DNA of 64,000 bases from Dermatophilaceae bacterium (GTDB lineage: Bacteria > Actinomycetota > Actinomycetes > Actinomycetales > Dermatophilaceae): positions 1 through 64,000 of the forward strand of contig DASQEP010000075.1 of the NCBI GenBank assembly GCA_035633615.1, written 5' to 3'. Positions 59,946 to 64,000 of the stretch are shown here, piece after piece. Made by a program: the position numbers and the translations under genes. The notes under the pieces were generated by a model, which saw nothing but the letters and a program-made list of their open reading frames with translations, searched no databases and was not told the DNA's origin. How positions within the stretch are numbered: the stretch's first letter is position 1; each line of letters opens with the position of its first letter.

Positions 59946-61073
59946 GTGGACGAGACGAGCACCGTTGTCGCGGCCGGGCGGGCCACGGCACCGCCTACGA
60001 CCGCGGAGGTCACCCACCCCCCCCTCGTGACCGGCCCGACCGAACTGGTGACCGGCCCCGGCCCGGCGGGCGGGCAGCCGGCGCCCGGTCCCTCAGCGTC
60101 CGCCCCTGCGCTGCCCTCCGCCGCCGAACTCGCCGAGATCGCCGCCGTGGCTGGTCGATTGGTCGCCGCTGTCGGGTCGGTCATCGAAGGCAAGGAGGAG
60201 ACCGTCCGCACTGCCGTGATCGTGCTCCTGGCCGGCGGTCACTTGCTCCTGGAGGACGTGCCCGGGGTAGGTAAGACGATGCTGGCCAAGGCTCTGGCTC
60301 GGGCAGTCGACTGCCCGATGCGGCGGATCCAGTTCACCCCTGATCTGCTGCCCAGCGACATCACCGGGGTCAGCATCTACAGCCAGGAACGGCAGCGGTT
60401 CGAGTTTCGGCCCGGGGCGATCTTCGCCAGCGTCGTGGTCTGTGACGAGATCAACCGGGCCTCCCCCAAGACCCAATCCGCCGTACTGGAGTCGATGGAA
60501 GAGGCACAGGTGACGGTGGACGGGGTGAGTTTCCCCCTGGCACAGCCGTTCCTCGTCGTCGCCACCCAGAACCCACTGGAGATGGAGGGCACCTATCCCC
60601 TGCCGGAGGCCCAGCGTGATCGGTTCATGGCCCGGTTGTCGATGGGCTACCCCGCACCGGCCGCAGAAATGGCGATGCTGGATCACCACGCCAGCCACTG
60701 GCCGTTGGAGGAGCTGCGCCCGGTGACCGACGGGGCGACGGTGCAGCGGATGGTCCGGTCCATCCGGGGGGTGCACACCGCACCGGCGCTCAAGCGGTAC
60801 GTCGTCGACCTGCTCGGGGCCACCCGCTCGGTGCCGTCGCTGCGGCTCGGCGGCTCGCCCCGGGCCTCACTGCACCTGCTGCGAGCATGCCGGGCGCGGG
60901 CCGCGATGGCCGGGCGTGACCATGTGGTCCCTGACGATGTCAGAGCCCTGTTCCATGTCGTGCTGGAGCACCGGGTGCTGCTGTCGGCGGAAAGCCAACT
61001 GGCCCGGCACACCCCTGGCGCGGTGCTGTCGGACCTCCTCCAGCGGGTCTCGGTCCTGCCACCCGGGCACTGA
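59946..61073 (+). CDS. MoxR-family AAA+ ATPase
   Basis: Walker A GVGKT, Walker B VVCDEINR, sensor regions; about 375 aa. Start taken at the GTG (VDETSTVV…); the longer track ORF has an implausible RG-rich N-terminus. Confidence 0.85.
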   Translation: MDETSTVVAAGRATAPPTTAEVTHPPLVTGPTELVTGPGPAGGQPAPGPSASAPALPSAAELAEIAAVAGRLVAAVGSVIEGKEETVRTAVIVLLAGGHLLLEDVPGVGKTMLAKALARAVDCPMRRIQFTPDLLPSDITGVSIYSQERQRFEFRPGAIFASVVVCDEINRASPKTQSAVLESMEEAQVTVDGVSFPLAQPFLVVATQNPLEMEGTYPLPEAQRDRFMARLSMGYPAPAAEMAMLDHHASHWPLEELRPVTDGATVQRMVRSIRGVHTAPALKRYVVDLLGATRSVPSLRLGGSPRASLHLLRACRARAAMAGRDHVVPDDVRALFHVVLEHRVLLSAESQLARHTPGAVLSDLLQRVSVLPPGH

Positions 61074-61089
61074 CGAACCAGGCACCGAT

Positions 61090-62409
61090 GTGGCCTTCGA
61101 CGACGACCCGACTCGTGTCCGGGCGAAGCTGACCGACCGGGGACGTGGGCTGGTGGCCGCCGGTGCCACCCTGACGGTGGCCGGTGTGGGGCTCGGCTTC
61201 GTCGACCTGGTGCGCGTCGGGGCGTTCGCGTTGGCGTTGCCGCTCCTGGTCCTTCTCGGCTCCCGGCGACGCTGGTCCGTGCTCCGCTTGGACCGATGGG
61301 TCGACGGCCTCCCGGTCACCTCCGGGGTACCCACGACGGTCACCGTACGCGTGCAGAACCAGGGCTCCGCGACGACCTCGGTCCTGCTTGCCGAGGATCA
61401 CCTCTCCCCGGGACTTGCCGCGGGCCCGACCGCGAACCCGGCGGGGACGGCGAACTCCGTGCGCTTCGTCTGCGGGCCGGTGCCTCCCGAATCGGCCCGA
61501 TCGTTCGCCTACCAGGTGCACCCGGTGCGTCGGGGCCGGCACCGGATCGGGCCGCTGGCCCTGACCCGGCGCGACCCGTTGGGCCTGGCCAGCTCCGTCC
61601 TGTCGATGCCAGAGCAGTTGGAGATCGTCGCCCTTCCGGCGGTGCACCGGCTGGCCGGCTCGATCGGCACGGTGGGCATCGGCAGCGATGGCTCGATGCC
61701 GGCCATGACGGTCCTGCACGGCGAGGACGACACCTCGATCCGCGGGTACCACGACGGCGACGACGTCCGCAGGATTCACTGGCCGGCGACCGCGCACCGG
61801 GGTGAGCTCATGGTGCGCCACGAGGGACGGCCCACCTCACGCCGGGCGTTGCTGCTCGTCGACCCGTTGTTGTTGCCGATCACCCCCGGGCCGGGCCAGT
61901 CGGCGCTGGACTGGGCCGCCGAGGCGATCGCCTCGGTTGCCGCCCATCTGGCGTCGGGTGGCTTCGCACTCCACCCGATCACGCCCGAAAGCGTCGCCTC
62001 AGCCAGCGCGGATACGCCTGTGCCGCTAGCGCGACTGGTCCACGCGCTGGCCCTGGTCGAACCCGAGGCCGAGTCCCCAGCCGGTGACCACTCCGGCCAT
62101 CCGGCGTTGTTGTCGACGCTGCGCGAGCTCGCCGCCCGTGGTGGGCTCCTGGTCGCGGCCGCAGGAGATCACCACGAGCCGACCTTGCACCGTCTGCTCG
62201 ACACCCGGCCGCCGGGAGGAGCCGGACTGCTCTTCGTGCTGGACAGCTCGTCGTTCCTGGGCGGGCCACCCGGCCGGCGGACAGGGGCACTCGCCGACCT
62301 GGCCAGGGCACGGGGCTGGACGGCCACTGCGGTGACGGCCGGTGACGACGTCGGGACCGGCTGGGCCCGGCTGCTTCACGTGCAGGCATCCGGTGGAGTC
62401 GTGCGATGA
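61090..62409 (+). CDS. DUF58-domain protein (MoxR partner, vWA-like)
   Basis: Follows moxR; …DVRRIHWPATAHRGELMVR… is the DUF58 signature. Stop overlaps the next ATG (ATGA). Confidence 0.8.
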   Translation: MAFDDDPTRVRAKLTDRGRGLVAAGATLTVAGVGLGFVDLVRVGAFALALPLLVLLGSRRRWSVLRLDRWVDGLPVTSGVPTTVTVRVQNQGSATTSVLLAEDHLSPGLAAGPTANPAGTANSVRFVCGPVPPESARSFAYQVHPVRRGRHRIGPLALTRRDPLGLASSVLSMPEQLEIVALPAVHRLAGSIGTVGIGSDGSMPAMTVLHGEDDTSIRGYHDGDDVRRIHWPATAHRGELMVRHEGRPTSRRALLLVDPLLLPITPGPGQSALDWAAEAIASVAAHLASGGFALHPITPESVASASADTPVPLARLVHALALVEPEAESPAGDHSGHPALLSTLRELAARGGLLVAAAGDHHEPTLHRLLDTRPPGGAGLLFVLDSSSFLGGPPGRRTGALADLARARGWTATAVTAGDDVGTGWARLLHVQASGGVVR

Positions 62410-64000
62410 CCCCACCGGATCGCCATCCGCGGGTCGCCGCCGGGGCACTGGTCGCGGCCGGGATCCTCGCCTCGTCCGTCGCACTGGCCACCCTGGTAAC
62501 CCCCCCGTCATGGCTGGTCGACGCGGTGATGGGGCTCGCGGTGGTGGCCCTGGCCGGGATGCTCGGCCGCAACCGCCTCGGCTCGTCCGTCGCTGTGGTG
62601 CTGGTGCAGCTGGGGTGCCTTGTGCTCGCGTTGGGATGGCTGTTCGGCGCAGATGCACGTGGGTCGACCTTGTGGCTGGGTGTCTTTCCGGGCCCTGCGA
62701 CGCTGGCGCACTGGGCGGACCTGCTGGCGCAGGCCCGGACCTTGATCGAGGTGTCCGCCGCCCCCGTGCCACCCGAGCCCGGCATCGCATTCCTCCTGGT
62801 AGCCGGTGTGTGCCTGCTCGCGATCGTCACGGATATGGTCGCGGTGACCCTGGACGCACCCGCGGTCGGGGGGCTGGTGATGCTCATCCCGTTCCTGACG
62901 GCAGTCGCCAACTCCGACGGTTCCCTGCCGGTACCGTTCTTCCTGATACCGGCGCTGGCCTGGGTGGCCCTGCTGGTCGAACACGACCGCCGGCTACTGT
63001 CCCGCTGGTGGGCCGCGCCGCGGCCGAGCGCACCGATGTCGACGATGGCCTCCGACGTCGCCGCCCAACGGTGGGGTACCGCCACGACGCTCGCATCGGC
63101 GGGCCTGGTGCTGGCGCTGCTGGCTGCCGCGCTCGCCCCTCGCTTGCCGGTGAGGTACCTGGCTGAGGGCCTGGGGCGGTCCACCGGTGTTTCCGGTGAG
63201 GTCGGCTTCTCGCCTACCCTGGATCTGCTCGCCGACCTGCGCAGTACCAGCAACGCGCAGGTGCTGGTGTACCGGACCAACGACCCGACACCGGCCTACC
63301 TGCGGGTGGCTGTGTCGCAGGACTACGAGACGGGGGCTTGGCGACCGGAGCCAGTCGCCACCGAGCCGTCCAGCGCCCCCCAGCTGCCCACGCCACCCGG
63401 GCTGAGCGACCGGGTGCCGCGTACTCGTTACGACCTGACCGTTGACCAGACGGCCCTGGCCGCGCCCTATCTGGCTGCCCCGTATCCGCTGGTCGGCGGC
63501 ACGGTGACGGACGCCAGGTGGGCCGTCGACGCGAGTACCGGGATCGCCGTCGCCGATCGGACTCCGTCCCGGTACACCATGCCTTATGTAGAGCTGACGC
63601 CCTCCCGGGCGGTGCTGGCCCGGGCCGTCCCGGACGAGTCTCTGGCCGCGGACTCAGGCCGGCCCAACACCATGTCCCTCCGATCAGACACCGTCACCAC
63701 CCTCGAGGAGTTCCTACCCGAGACGGTGGCCCAGGCACCAAGCCCATACGAACAGGCGGTTGCCCTTCAGGAGTGGCTGCGTTCGCAGGCGTTCACCTAC
63801 TCCCTGGAGTTGGCGCCGGTACCGGCGGGGTTGTCGCCGAGCGAAGCCGCATCAACCTCGTTGGAGCGGTTCCTACGAAGCAAACGAGGCTACTGCGTCC
63901 AGTTCGCCACCACGATGGCGCTGATGGCACGGGTGGTGGGCATTCCGTCACGAGTGGTGACCGGCTTCCTGCCCGGCACCCGGGAGGGTGAGCAATGGGT
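62406..64000 (+). CDS. Transglutaminase-like membrane protein (TgpA-like), 5'-partial; runs off window end
   Basis: Open frame from ATG 62406 to the window end with no stop (my manual translation; it is absent from the ORF track because it is incomplete). N-terminal multi-TM region; transglutaminase core …RGYCVQFATTMALMARVVGIPSRVVTGF… with catalytic Cys. Confidence 0.8.
   Translation, partial: MTPPDRHPRVAAGALVAAGILASSVALATLVTPPSWLVDAVMGLAVVALAGMLGRNRLGSSVAVVLVQLGCLVLALGWLFGADARGSTLWLGVFPGPATLAHWADLLAQARTLIEVSAAPVPPEPGIAFLLVAGVCLLAIVTDMVAVTLDAPAVGGLVMLIPFLTAVANSDGSLPVPFFLIPALAWVALLVEHDRRLLSRWWAAPRPSAPMSTMASDVAAQRWGTATTLASAGLVLALLAAALAPRLPVRYLAEGLGRSTGVSGEVGFSPTLDLLADLRSTSNAQVLVYRTNDPTPAYLRVAVSQDYETGAWRPEPVATEPSSAPQLPTPPGLSDRVPRTRYDLTVDQTALAAPYLAAPYPLVGGTVTDARWAVDASTGIAVADRTPSRYTMPYVELTPSRAVLARAVPDESLAADSGRPNTMSLRSDTVTTLEEFLPETVAQAPSPYEQAVALQEWLRSQAFTYSLELAPVPAGLSPSEAASTSLERFLRSKRGYCVQFATTMALMARVVGIPSRVVTGFLPGTREGEQW

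Overview
High-GC (roughly 70%+) actinobacterial chromosomal window. It is almost entirely conserved core genes, nearly all on the minus strand and tightly translationally coupled, with frequent ATGA/GTGA stop-start overlaps.

Gene order on the minus strand, read from high to low coordinate:
- MoxR/DUF58/transglutaminase operon on the plus strand; the window ends inside the transglutaminase gene.
- A complete actinobacterial dcw cell-wall/division cluster: mraZ-rsmH-ftsL-ftsI-murE-murF-mraY-murD-ftsW-murG-murC-ftsQ-ftsZ-pgeF-yggS-sepF-yggT-divIVA. There is no ftsA.
- dksA/traR-like gene, lspA, rluD, dnaE.
- Fatty-acyl reductase-like gene (plus strand), oligopeptidase B, an SPFH protein, a small RHH-like protein.
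- his operon: hisD-hisC-hisB-(unknown)-hisH-priA-(SseB-like).
- furA-catalase (plus strand), an MFS transporter.
- infC-rpmI-rplT, a TrmH-family methyltransferase, an orphan PAS histidine kinase, pheS-pheT, an SDR.
- arg operon: argC-(ACT-domain ORF)-argJ-argB-argD-argF-argR-argH, with no argG.
- mpg, tyrS, and finally the 5' leader of an rRNA operon; the 16S gene lies just beyond coordinate 1 on the minus strand.

I do not see a mobile element, CRISPR array, defence island or any clearly foreign DNA. The novelty is small-scale: unusual repeats, candidate operators and a few uncharacterised ORFs embedded in core operons.

On coordinates: CDS coordinates are anchored on the supplied ORF track; start codons were refined by codon arithmetic and by stop/start overlap motifs. 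Positions of short motifs that I read directly from the sequence may be off by 1-2 nt.
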